DNA of 64,000 nucleotides from an uncultured Candidatus Entotheonella sp. (GTDB lineage Bacteria; Tectomicrobia; Entotheonellia; Entotheonellales; Entotheonellaceae). The notes beneath the pieces were generated by a model, which was not told the DNA's origin, ran no database searches, and saw only the letters and a program-made list of their open reading frames with translations. The translations under genes were made by a program, and so were the position numbers. This document shows, piece by piece, positions 28,139-37,206 of the stretch. The stretch covers positions 416,001 to 480,000 of the forward strand of contig CBDCDA010000002.1 of the NCBI GenBank assembly GCA_965215335.1, written 5' to 3'. How positions within the stretch are numbered: position 1 is the first letter of the stretch; each line of letters starts with the position of its first letter.

Positions 28139-29308
28139 TCAAACTACCACCCCCGCGCCCTGCAGGTCGGCGATTTCCGCCCCGCCGTAGCCCAACTCCG
28201 TCAGCACGTCATAGGTGTGCTCGCCCTGCTCCGGGGTCGGCGTGCGCACGCCGCCAGGGGTGCGCGTCAGGGTGACCGGGGTGCCCAGCACCTCGACTTC
28301 GCCCAGCTTGGGGTGCGACACGGCTTGAGTGATCTGCAGGTGCCGCACTTGCGGGTCGGCGAACGTCTGGTCGATCGTGTACACCGGGCCGCAGGGAACG
28401 CCGGCGGCGTTGATTCGCTCCACCCAGTCGGCAACGCTGCGGTCCTTCAGGCAGTCGGCGATGATGTCGTTGAGCTCGTCCCGGTGCCGCTGGCGTTGCT
28501 GCGGTGAGTTGAAGCGTTCGTCGGTGTAGAGATCCATGCGCTCGATCGCCTTGCAGAAACGCTCATAAAGCTCCTGGCCAGCAGGAGCGATGTTCAGGTA
28601 GCCGTCCATGGCGCGAAACGTGTTGGTGGGCACGCCGGTCGGGTGGTTGTTCCCGGCCTGCGGCGGCACTTCCTTGCCGATGAGCCAGCGGGTGGCCTGG
28701 AAGTCGAGCATTTGCACCATCGCTTCCAGCAGCGAGGTGTGAATCCATTGCCCCTCGCCCGACTGCTCGCGCTCGTACAGAGCCGTCAGCACCCCCATGG
28801 CCAGAAACATGCCGGCGGTGAGGTCGGCGACGGGAATGCCGACGCGCACCGGCCCGTTGCCCGGCAAGCCCGTCACGCTCATCAGGCCGCCCAGCCCTTG
28901 GGCGATCTGGTCGACGCCCGCACGGTCGGCGTAAGGCCCGCTCTGGCCAAAGCCGGAAATGCTCGCGTAGACTAGCCGGGGATTGAGCGGACGAAGGGTT
29001 TCGTAGTCGATCCCCAGGCGGTGTTTGACGCCCGGCCGGTAGTTCTCCACCAGCACGTCGGCGGCCCGCACCATGCGCCTGAGAATGTCGACGCCACTGG
29101 CGTGCTTGAGGTTGAGCGTGATGCTTCGCTTGTTGCGGTGCAGGTTCTGGAAGTCGAAGTGATGCCGCCCCAGTCCGGCGTGCTCGGCGGGATTCTCGAC
29201 CTTGACCACCCGGGCGCCCATGTCGGCAAGGTGCCGCACACACGTCGGACCGGCGCGCGCCCGCGTGAGGTCGATGATTTTGATGTCGGACAAGGGGGGC
29301 AAGCCCAT
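28139..29308 (-). CDS. Family III CoA-transferase (CaiB/BaiF)
   Basis: Motifs IIDLTRARAGP, RNKRSITLNLK, DVLVENYRPG, SISGFGQSGP and VADLTAG. Confidence 0.95.
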   Translation of the reverse strand: MGLPPLSDIKIIDLTRARAGPTCVRHLADMGARVVKVENPAEHAGLGRHHFDFQNLHRNKRSITLNLKHASGVDILRRMVRAADVLVENYRPGVKHRLGIDYETLRPLNPRLVYASISGFGQSGPYADRAGVDQIAQGLGGLMSVTGLPGNGPVRVGIPVADLTAGMFLAMGVLTALYEREQSGEGQWIHTSLLEAMVQMLDFQATRWLIGKEVPPQAGNNHPTGVPTNTFRAMDGYLNIAPAGQELYERFCKAIERMDLYTDERFNSPQQRQRHRDELNDIIADCLKDRSVADWVERINAAGVPCGPVYTIDQTFADPQVRHLQITQAVSHPKLGEVEVLGTPVTLTRTPGGVRTPTPEQGEHTYDVLTELGYGGAEIADLQGAGVVV

Positions 29309-29457
29309 ACGCGGCTCCTTCGCTCACTGGACTCTGGCACGGGACGTGTCGACTCGTTGGCCTGCTCTGCGTATCGTAGCCACAGCTTCCACCCTGTCAA
29401 GGAGAAAGGACGCAGCCGCATGAGGCGACCTGGGGGATCCGCATCCCCGTCCATGCC

Positions 29458-29904
29458 TCAGCGCCCGCTGCTCCCGAAACCGCCGGCGCCCCGGCCGGTG
29501 GGCTCGATCGCGTCGGGGGAAACACGCCGCAGGGTGACCCGCGGCACGGGCAGGATCAGGAGCTGCGCCAAGCGCTCGCCACGTTGCACGTGCAGGGTTT
29601 GCCGCTGGCAGTTTTCGACTAGCAGTTGCACCGAACCCCGATAACCGGCATCGACGACCCCGGGATGGACCGACAGGCCACGCTGAAAGACCGAACTGCG
29701 TCCGAGAATCTGGCCGTACCAGCCAGGCGGAATTTGCAGGACGATCTCCAGATCGATCCGGCACGGTACGCCGGGAACAAGCGCGTGTTTTTCGGGAATC
29801 GCCAGGTCGAAGCCGGCGTCGTCGGCATATGTCCTCCGCGGCGCAAAGGCGCGCGGCGTCAGACAGGCGACGCGAAGTTCAACGGCTGCGTCGTGCGTCG
29901 CCAT
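29458..29904 (-). CDS. dut: Trimeric dUTP diphosphatase
   Basis: All five motifs present: AGFDL, ILGRSS, GVVDAGYRG, RLAQL and RGAGGFGSSG. Confidence 0.92.
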   Translation of the reverse strand: MATHDAAVELRVACLTPRAFAPRRTYADDAGFDLAIPEKHALVPGVPCRIDLEIVLQIPPGWYGQILGRSSVFQRGLSVHPGVVDAGYRGSVQLLVENCQRQTLHVQRGERLAQLLILPVPRVTLRRVSPDAIEPTGRGAGGFGSSGR

Positions 29905-30042
29905 CGTCGGCTCCTGCCATTCGGCTTGCGGTACTGCCCACGAATCCAGAACGCCAGGCATTGCCCCGTCGGTCAATTCCTGGTACAAGACGGAATCGGC
30001 GGTCAGGTCGCCCTCGTCAGGGAACTCCCCCGGGAGGAAGTC

Positions 30043-30597
30043 GTGTACCCCCAAACGGTTATCCTGCAAAACGACATGGAAGTCGAACTGTGGCCGATGA
30101 CCCCGGACGACGCCCCGGCCCTGCTGGCGTTTTACCGCTCTTTGCCCCCGGAAGATCTGCTGTACCTGAGAGAGGACGTCACGTCTGCGGCATCCATGCA
30201 GCGCTGGATCAAGGGCATCGAAAGCGAGCAGAACTGGCACCTGGTAGCGGGGCATGAAGGGCGGATTATCGCCGACGGCGAGCTCGATCGGCAGTTTTAC
30301 GGCTGGTCACAGCATATCGGTGAATTGCGTATCGTCGTCGACCTGTCGTTTCGCAACAGCGGCCTGAGTCGTTTCGTCACCCACGAGATCTTGGCGCAAG
30401 CCGTGGACGAGGGTCTTCACAAGGTCATGGTACAGATGACCGTCGATCAGCGCTCGGCGATCCGTATGTTCGAGAAGCTGGGCTTTTGCCATGAAGCCCT
30501 CCTCAGGGAGCACGCCAAGGACCAGCACGGCGAACTGCGCGACCTGGTCATCATGGCCTACTTCACCCGCGATTTCCTGACCCCGACCTCGCAATGA
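30043..30597 (+). CDS. GNAT family N-acetyltransferase
   Basis: GTG start after GGAGG; motifs ELRIVVDLSFRNSGL and AIRMFEKLGF. Confidence 0.85.
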   Translation: MYPQTVILQNDMEVELWPMTPDDAPALLAFYRSLPPEDLLYLREDVTSAASMQRWIKGIESEQNWHLVAGHEGRIIADGELDRQFYGWSQHIGELRIVVDLSFRNSGLSRFVTHEILAQAVDEGLHKVMVQMTVDQRSAIRMFEKLGFCHEALLREHAKDQHGELRDLVIMAYFTRDFLTPTSQ

Positions 30598-30631
30598 CCT
30601 TCTCTCCTCGCCGCCCAGTCCACCGCCACCG

Positions 30632-31807
30632 TCAAGTCGTATACAGCGCGTTGATCCGCACGTATTGTTCCGTCAGATCACAGCCCCACGCCGTGGCTTG
30701 GCCGTTGCCCAGCCCCAGGTCCACGACGATGCGCACCTCCGGTGCTTGCAAGCGGGTTTCCAGCGCCCGCAAATCCACGTCCTGCGGCTCTCCCATGGCA
30801 AAGACGCACGTGTCACCGAAAGCCATGCGCAGAAGTTCCGGGCGAATGTCCGACTCCTCGTGGCACTTGCCGATGGCCATGGCCAGGCGTCCCCAGTTCG
30901 GGTCGGCGCCATGCACCGCGGTCTTGACCAGCGGGGAGTTTACAATCGCCTTGGCGATGCGCCTGGCCTGCGCGTCGTCGCGCGCTGCGGTCACGACAAC
31001 CTCGATCAGCTTTGTGGCGCCCTCCCCGTCCCGCGCCACTTCCCTGGCCAGGTGGATGCACACCTCGTCAAGCGCCGCCTGAAAAGCGTCGGGGTCCACC
31101 TCGCCGGCCAGCCCGTTGGCCATGGCGATGACCGTGTCGCTGGTGCTGGTGTCGGTGTCCACGCTGATCATGTTGAAGGACTTGTGCACCGCCCGCTGCA
31201 GCATCGGGCGCAGCACCGCCGGCGGCAGGGCCGCGTCGGTGAATACGAAGGCGAGCAGCGTCGCCATGTCCGGCTCGATCATGCCCGCGCCCTTGGCAAT
31301 GCCGGCGAGCACGGCGCCCCCTACCCGTCTGGCGATGCGCTTGGGCCGGGTATCCGTCGTCATGATGGCTTCGGCCGCCAGGTCCAAAGCTTCCGGGCGC
31401 AATTCGTTGCACAGATGCCCCACGATGGCTTCCTGGAAACGATCCATCGGCAGGTGATGGCCGATGACGCCCGTCGAACTCGGAATGACGTCCTCGGGCG
31501 CGACCCCCAATTCCTCGGCCACCCAGCGGCAGGTTGCCCGGGCATCGTCCACGCCGCGCTGGCCGGTGGCGACGTTGGCGTTCTTGCTGTTGACGACCAG
31601 CGTTTGCATATGGCCGTCAGTCAGATGCTCGCGGCCCACGATGACCGGCGCGCCGCAGAACAGGCTTTGGGTGAACATGCCCACCGCCGCGGCCCGCGCC
31701 GTGGAGTGGATGACCGCGAAGTCCAGGGTCTCGTCCTTGATGCCGATGTTCTTGGCGACGCTCAGGTAGCCCTGGGGCTGGAATGGCAACGTTGGTGCAC
31801 TCGTCAT
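30632..31807 (-). CDS. argJ: Bifunctional ornithine acetyltransferase / N-acetylglutamate synthase
   Basis: Motifs NSKNANVATG, SSTGVIG, IMTTDT, AKGAGMIEPDMAT, DTSTSD, RDGEGATK and WGCDLT. Confidence 0.95.
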   Translation of the reverse strand: MTSAPTLPFQPQGYLSVAKNIGIKDETLDFAVIHSTARAAAVGMFTQSLFCGAPVIVGREHLTDGHMQTLVVNSKNANVATGQRGVDDARATCRWVAEELGVAPEDVIPSSTGVIGHHLPMDRFQEAIVGHLCNELRPEALDLAAEAIMTTDTRPKRIARRVGGAVLAGIAKGAGMIEPDMATLLAFVFTDAALPPAVLRPMLQRAVHKSFNMISVDTDTSTSDTVIAMANGLAGEVDPDAFQAALDEVCIHLAREVARDGEGATKLIEVVVTAARDDAQARRIAKAIVNSPLVKTAVHGADPNWGRLAMAIGKCHEESDIRPELLRMAFGDTCVFAMGEPQDVDLRALETRLQAPEVRIVVDLGLGNGQATAWGCDLTEQYVRINALYTT

Positions 31808-33240
31808 GAACGCTCTCTCCTGGCGCTTGCGTCGGTTCGACAATAACCGAATTGCTTCTCGAAAGACGTCAACGCGTCGTCGATGACCCCCACCATGCGA
31901 TCAACCTCCTCCCGCGTGATGCACAACGGCGGCGACAGCATGATCACGTGGGTGGCACGAGTCAGCAGGCCCTTCTCGAGCAGAAGCGCGTTCAGGGCAT
32001 TCACTTCCTCGCCGTCGGCGGCGAACTTCTCCTTGCTGTCGCGATTCCGCACCAATTCGACCGCCACGAGGAGGCCGAGGCCCCGCACGTCGCCGATGGT
32101 CGGATGGTGCGCCTGCAGCCCTTGCAGCTGTTCCAGCAGGTAAGCGCCCTGCGTGGCGGCATTTTCCACCAGCCCCTCGCTCTGGATGATGGCAATGTTC
32201 TCCAAAGCCGCCGCGCACGCCACCGCCTGGCCGCCGAACGTCAGCAGGTGTGACAGTCTCTTTCCCGCCTCGGTGGTGAAGACCTCCGCCACCCTGGGAC
32301 GACAGATCGTCGCGGCGATCGGCGCGTAGCCGCTGCTCAGCCCCTTCGCCAGGGTCATGATGTCGCCCACCAGGTCCCAGTGCTCGGAGGCGAACATTTT
32401 GCCGGTGCGCCCGAAGCCGTTGATGACTTCGTCGACGATCAGCAAGACCCCGTGCCGGTCGCAGATGTCACGCAGCCGCGGCAGGTATTCCGGCGGCGGC
32501 ACGACAATGCCGCAGGACGCCGACACCGGCTCGGCGATGACCGCGGCAACCGTTTGCGCGCCCTCGTAGTTGATCAGCTGCTCGATGGCGTCCACGCAAT
32601 ACACGTCGCAGGCCGGGTAGGTATGGCGGTAGTCGCAACGATAGCAGTACGGCGGTGCCACGTGCAGCGTGCCGTTCATGAACGGGCTGTAATACGGCTC
32701 GGAAAGCTGTCGCGTGCCGCTGACGCTCATGGCGCCGTAGGTGGCGCCGTGATACGAGCCGCGCCGCCCGATGATCTTCAGCCGCTTCGGGTGCCCGGCC
32801 AGGTATTGATACTGCCTGGCGATCTTCACCGCCGACTCGACCGCCTCGGAACCGCCGCTGCAAAAGAACACCGTCGACAGGTCGCCCGGCGTGATGTCGG
32901 CCAGCAGCGTGGCCAGCTGAATGGCGGGAATGGTGGTCGTCTGCATCGAGCTGCCGTAAGCCAGGGTTCCCGCCTGCGCCGCCATCGCCGCGGCGATTTC
33001 CTTGCGGCCGTGCCCGACGTTCACCAGCCACAGGCCCGCCAGCGCGTCGATGTACTCGTTGCCGTCGATGTCCTTGACCATGCACCCCTGCCCTTCGACG
33101 AGAATCCGCTTGTCCGCCTCCCTGGCCAGGGCGCGCCACGACGAGCCGTGCATCCACACGTGCGCTTCCCCGGCCTCGCGCAGCACATCCGTGTCCGCCC
33201 CCTCCGGCAGACCGGCAAAGGCGATGGGAACCGTGGCCAT
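31804..33240 (-). CDS. Class III PLP aminotransferase
   Basis: Motifs YIDALAGLW, SGGSEAVE, SYHGAT, DEVINGFGRTG and LAKGLSSGY. Confidence 0.95.
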   Translation of the reverse strand: MATVPIAFAGLPEGADTDVLREAGEAHVWMHGSSWRALAREADKRILVEGQGCMVKDIDGNEYIDALAGLWLVNVGHGRKEIAAAMAAQAGTLAYGSSMQTTTIPAIQLATLLADITPGDLSTVFFCSGGSEAVESAVKIARQYQYLAGHPKRLKIIGRRGSYHGATYGAMSVSGTRQLSEPYYSPFMNGTLHVAPPYCYRCDYRHTYPACDVYCVDAIEQLINYEGAQTVAAVIAEPVSASCGIVVPPPEYLPRLRDICDRHGVLLIVDEVINGFGRTGKMFASEHWDLVGDIMTLAKGLSSGYAPIAATICRPRVAEVFTTEAGKRLSHLLTFGGQAVACAAALENIAIIQSEGLVENAATQGAYLLEQLQGLQAHHPTIGDVRGLGLLVAVELVRNRDSKEKFAADGEEVNALNALLLEKGLLTRATHVIMLSPPLCITREEVDRMVGVIDDALTSFEKQFGYCRTDASARRERS

Positions 33241-33272
33241 GTCTTCACACTCCTCTCGGGTTCTGGAAGTTC

Positions 33273-33537
33273 TTACACCCCGCCGCTGATGGGCGGGACG
33301 AAGTGGACTTCGCTGTCGGGACGGACGCGCTCGATCAGATCCACGGCGAATTCCCCGTCCACGGCGACGGCAATGTCAGGGCGCAGATCACCATCCTGGA
33401 GGAGACGCTCCTTGAAGCCGGGGAAGCGCTCCTCCAGGGTGTCGAGAATGGCGCGCACCGTCGTACCGGCGATTTGCAATCGTGTCGCCCCGCCGGCGAG
33501 GCTTTCGCAGCATTGCCGGAATGAATACGGTGGCCAT
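33273..33537 (-). pseudogene. MoaD/ThiS-family sulfur carrier with a +1 frameshift (or a read error)
   Basis: MATVFIPAMLR, an extra base in the TTT run at 33503-33505, then SLAGGATRLQIAGTTV...IAVAVDGE...VHFVPPISGGV. Confidence 0.8.
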
Positions 33538-33542
33538 GCGGA

Positions 33543-35834
33543 TTACTCCTGTTCCAACCGGCTCAGGACGTACGTGGGAGACATGGGAAGATTCTTCATG
33601 CGCTTGCCGGTCGCGCGGTAGATGGCATTGGCAAGTGCCGCCGGCGGCGGCACGATGGGCACCTCGCCAACGCCGCGCACGCCATAGGGGTGACCGGGAT
33701 TCGGCACCTCCACGAGCACCGTGTCGATCATCGGCAGGTCCAGCGTCGTCGGCATGCGATAATCCAGGAAGCTGGCGTTCACCATGCCACCGTCCTTGTC
33801 GTACACGAACTCCTCGTTCAGCGCCCAGCCAATGCCCTGCACGGCGCCGCCCTGGATCTGACCCTCGACGTAGCTGGGATGGATGGCCGTGCCCACGTCC
33901 TGGGTCGCCGTGTAGCGCAGGATGGCCACCTTGCCGGTATCCGGGTCCACTTCCACGTCGACCACGTGCGTGGCAAAGGCGCCGCCGACGCCGCGCGGCT
34001 GCGAGGTGGCGCTGCCGGTAATCGGCCCGCCGGTGCGCGGCATCATGTCGGCCATGTCCTTGAAGGTCATGGTCTTGCTGGGGTCCTTGGCGCAACTGAA
34101 CGTCCCGTCGCTGTAGGACACATCGTCAACGCTGATCTGCGCCGCCGAGTCACCCGTCTCCGCTTCCCGGCTCCAGCGCTCGGCGGCGCGCTCGCGCATC
34201 TGGCGGATGACGTCCTGAGCCGCCTCATAGGCGGCGTAGCCGGTGGCAAACGTGGTGCGGCTGCCGCCGGTGACGTCCGTATAGCCCACCCCGTCCGTGC
34301 CGGCAACGGTGGGTTTCACGTCTTCGTATGGGATGCCCAGCGTTTCGGCCGCCTGCATCGCGATGGAAGCGCGCGTGCCGCCGATGTCGGTGGAACCCTC
34401 GACCAGCGACACGGTACCGTCCGAGTTGACGTTGATCACCACCGAGGACTGGAAGCCGACGTTGAACCAGAATCCGGACGCCACGCCGCGCCCGCGGTTG
34501 GGGCCGTCCAGTGGCGACTGGTAATGCTCGTGCTCCAGCGCCGCGTGCACCGTTTCCAGATAGCCGATGCGCGGGTAAGCCGGCCCGTGCACCTGACGGT
34601 CGCCCTCCTTGGCGCCGTTGAGGCGGCGGATCTCCAGCGGGTCCATGCCCAGTTGCTCGGCGATCTCGTCGATAATCGTCTCCGACGCAAAGGCCGCGTT
34701 GGTAGCGCCCGGCGCGCGGTACGCCGCGGTCTTGGGCTTGTTCACCACCACGTCATAGCCGTCCACCGTCATGTTCGGAATGGCGTACGGGGAGAAGATG
34801 CACATGGCACCGGCGGCCACCGGGGAACCCGGAAAGGCGCCCGCCTCGTACATCAAATCAGCTTCGGCAGCGACGATGCGGCCATCCCTGGTGGCGCCCA
34901 TCTTCACCTTGATGTGCGATGCCGGCGTCGGTCCCGTGCCCTCGAATTCCTCGATGCGACTCATGACGATCTTCACCGGGCGGCCCGTTTCGCGCGACAG
35001 CAGGGCGGCCACCGGCTCCAGGTAGATGGAAATTTTTCCCCCAAACCCGCCGCCGATCTCACATGGCGTCACCGATACCTGCGACACCGAAATGCCCAGC
35101 ACCTCAGCCACCTGACGCTGCACCACGAAGGCACCCTGGGTGCTCGTCCAAATGAACAGGTGCCCCTCTTCGTTCCACATGGCCGTGGCGTTGTGCGGCT
35201 CGATGTAGCCCTGGTGCACGGTGGCGGTGTCGAACTCGCGTTCGATCACCACGTCCGCTTCCGCAAAGCCCTCGTCCGGTTCGCCCAGCTTGAACTGGAA
35301 ATGATTGACCACGTTGCTGATCTTGTCCGTTTGCTGACCCAGCTCCGTCGCCTTCAGGTCCTCGTGCAGAATCGACGCGTCGTCCTGCATGGCGTCCAGC
35401 ACGCCCAGGGCCGCCGGCAGCACCTCGTAGTCCACCTCGATCAGCCCCAGGGCCTCTTCGGCGACGTGGACACCAGTGGCGGCCACCGCGGCCACGGCAT
35501 GCCCACGGTACAGCACCTTGCCGTACGCCAGCGCATTGTTGCTCAGATGCTTCACGTTCACCGACATCTCGCCGAGGTTGGCCATGCGGTCCTCGGCCTT
35601 CGGCATGTCGTGCGCCGTCACCACCGCCCGCACGCCCGGCAGGGCCTTGGCCTTGCTGGTATCGATCGACTTGATGCGGGCGTGCGCATGCGGGCTGCGC
35701 AGCACCTTGCCGTGCAACATGCCGGTCAGCCGCATGTCTGCACCGTAAATGGCCCGGCCGGTTACCTTGTCGGCGCCGTCGGGCCGCACCGGACGGGTCC
35801 CGATGACCTTATATGCCGCCGTTGCTTCTGCCAT
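33543..35834 (-). CDS. Xanthine dehydrogenase / CoxL-family molybdopterin-binding large subunit
   Basis: Motifs LRSPHAHARI, HQGYIEPH, IGGGFGGK, AYRAPG, VEGQIQGG and GVGEVP. Confidence 0.93.
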   Translation of the reverse strand: MAEATAAYKVIGTRPVRPDGADKVTGRAIYGADMRLTGMLHGKVLRSPHAHARIKSIDTSKAKALPGVRAVVTAHDMPKAEDRMANLGEMSVNVKHLSNNALAYGKVLYRGHAVAAVAATGVHVAEEALGLIEVDYEVLPAALGVLDAMQDDASILHEDLKATELGQQTDKISNVVNHFQFKLGEPDEGFAEADVVIEREFDTATVHQGYIEPHNATAMWNEEGHLFIWTSTQGAFVVQRQVAEVLGISVSQVSVTPCEIGGGFGGKISIYLEPVAALLSRETGRPVKIVMSRIEEFEGTGPTPASHIKVKMGATRDGRIVAAEADLMYEAGAFPGSPVAAGAMCIFSPYAIPNMTVDGYDVVVNKPKTAAYRAPGATNAAFASETIIDEIAEQLGMDPLEIRRLNGAKEGDRQVHGPAYPRIGYLETVHAALEHEHYQSPLDGPNRGRGVASGFWFNVGFQSSVVINVNSDGTVSLVEGSTDIGGTRASIAMQAAETLGIPYEDVKPTVAGTDGVGYTDVTGGSRTTFATGYAAYEAAQDVIRQMRERAAERWSREAETGDSAAQISVDDVSYSDGTFSCAKDPSKTMTFKDMADMMPRTGGPITGSATSQPRGVGGAFATHVVDVEVDPDTGKVAILRYTATQDVGTAIHPSYVEGQIQGGAVQGIGWALNEEFVYDKDGGMVNASFLDYRMPTTLDLPMIDTVLVEVPNPGHPYGVRGVGEVPIVPPPAALANAIYRATGKRMKNLPMSPTYVLSRLEQE

Positions 35835-35883
35835 AGTGGAAACACCTCCATAGTGGTTATAACGTGTGAAGACGCCCGGGTGG

Positions 35884-36939
35884 TCAGGCGCGCGCCAAGT
35901 CCCCGAAGCGCGTGAAAAGAAAGTGGTCATGATAATAATGGACCAGCAGGCAAGACAGGACAACCATGTAATAGCCCTGCTCGAACGGCAGATTTGAAAG
36001 GATGACGACCATGCCGATGAGCACCAACGCTCCCAGCGTAAAAACGAGGTTCACGCCGTAAAACGCCCCGAACCGTCCCTTGGCGGCGATGGCCTGTAGC
36101 GGTCCTGGTCCGATTTCGCCGCGCTGCCGCCGCAGGGTGGTGATGTACCACGTCAGGGCCAGGTATTGGAAGGAATGCCAGGTGTTGAACCCCTGGAAGG
36201 CGATTTCCAGGCGGTCGCCGCCGTAACTGGTGATCAGGATGGACAGGCCGATGGTCACCGCCATGAGCAGAATTTTGGGGTAGTGCACCCGCCCTTGCCG
36301 GACTTCGATCACCGTCTTTACCACGCAAGCCGCCAGGGCCAAGACGAAGAATGCCGACACGGCGTAGAACACGAGCGGCGTCTTGAGCACCTCGGGATAC
36401 AGCAATCGCGTGCTGCCGATGGTGAACTCGTCGTGAATGAAACGGTAGGACGCCAGAGGGTACAGGCTGCTGAAGACGACCGCGTAATCGATGAACCGCG
36501 ACCATTTTTGCAGCCGTGCCGGCTGCCGGCGGTCGTAGCATTCCAGGATGTAGGCGATCTGGTGCAGCACGTGCACCGACGCCCAGAAGAAGAAAAGCGT
36601 GATCAACAACTGGAAATGCCACAAGGCGCAGGCCACCACCAGCACGGGAATGATCAGTGACGTACCCATCAGCCAGGGATGACGTTGCCGGAAGGATTCG
36701 TCGAGAGCGGTGCGGAAGAACGTCGCGTACATGTGCGGGCCGCCGATGACGCCCGCGATGAACAGATTCACGAACATGGCCGACGTGCCGATGAGTTCGT
36801 ACAGAATCAGGGGGATGACCACCAGCACGCCGCTACCGGTGAGGTAGGCGAGGTCCCAGCCCTGGCTGTGCAGCCAGAGGCCCTGATTCCAGGAAGCCGC
36901 GGCTGCCGTGCCACCCATCGCCGCACTCGGGACGCTCAT
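35884..36939 (-). CDS. Polytopic membrane protein with four His-containing motifs
   Basis: About 9-10 TM segments; GPHMYATF, VHVLHQ, WHSFQY and VHYYHDH. Confidence 0.8.
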   Translation of the reverse strand: MSVPSAAMGGTAAAASWNQGLWLHSQGWDLAYLTGSGVLVVIPLILYELIGTSAMFVNLFIAGVIGGPHMYATFFRTALDESFRQRHPWLMGTSLIIPVLVVACALWHFQLLITLFFFWASVHVLHQIAYILECYDRRQPARLQKWSRFIDYAVVFSSLYPLASYRFIHDEFTIGSTRLLYPEVLKTPLVFYAVSAFFVLALAACVVKTVIEVRQGRVHYPKILLMAVTIGLSILITSYGGDRLEIAFQGFNTWHSFQYLALTWYITTLRRQRGEIGPGPLQAIAAKGRFGAFYGVNLVFTLGALVLIGMVVILSNLPFEQGYYMVVLSCLLVHYYHDHFLFTRFGDLARA

Positions 36940-37206
36940 GCCGGGCAGACTCCTTTGCGAGATGGTATCTTCACTATCCAATATCCAAACGCCAGCCGTC
37001 ACGACGATTGACAACGCTACCTGGATATAGAGGTAGGCATGAAGCAGGTGTGCCGGGGCAGCAGTTTGGCAAATTCGCCTGTAAAGCACAAGCTCCTGCC
37101 TGCCTTGGCGCTCTGGAAATCTAATTCTAGGGAAGTTCTCGGAAATGCTGTATAGTTGGCCCGTTCATGTACTTGAGAATACTATCCTTGCAGGGGAGTT
37201 CCCTTC

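Noticed and set aside
33543..35834. Aerobic CO dehydrogenase
   Set aside because: The active-site loop is AYRAPG, not AYxCSFR, and there are no adjacent coxS/coxM genes.
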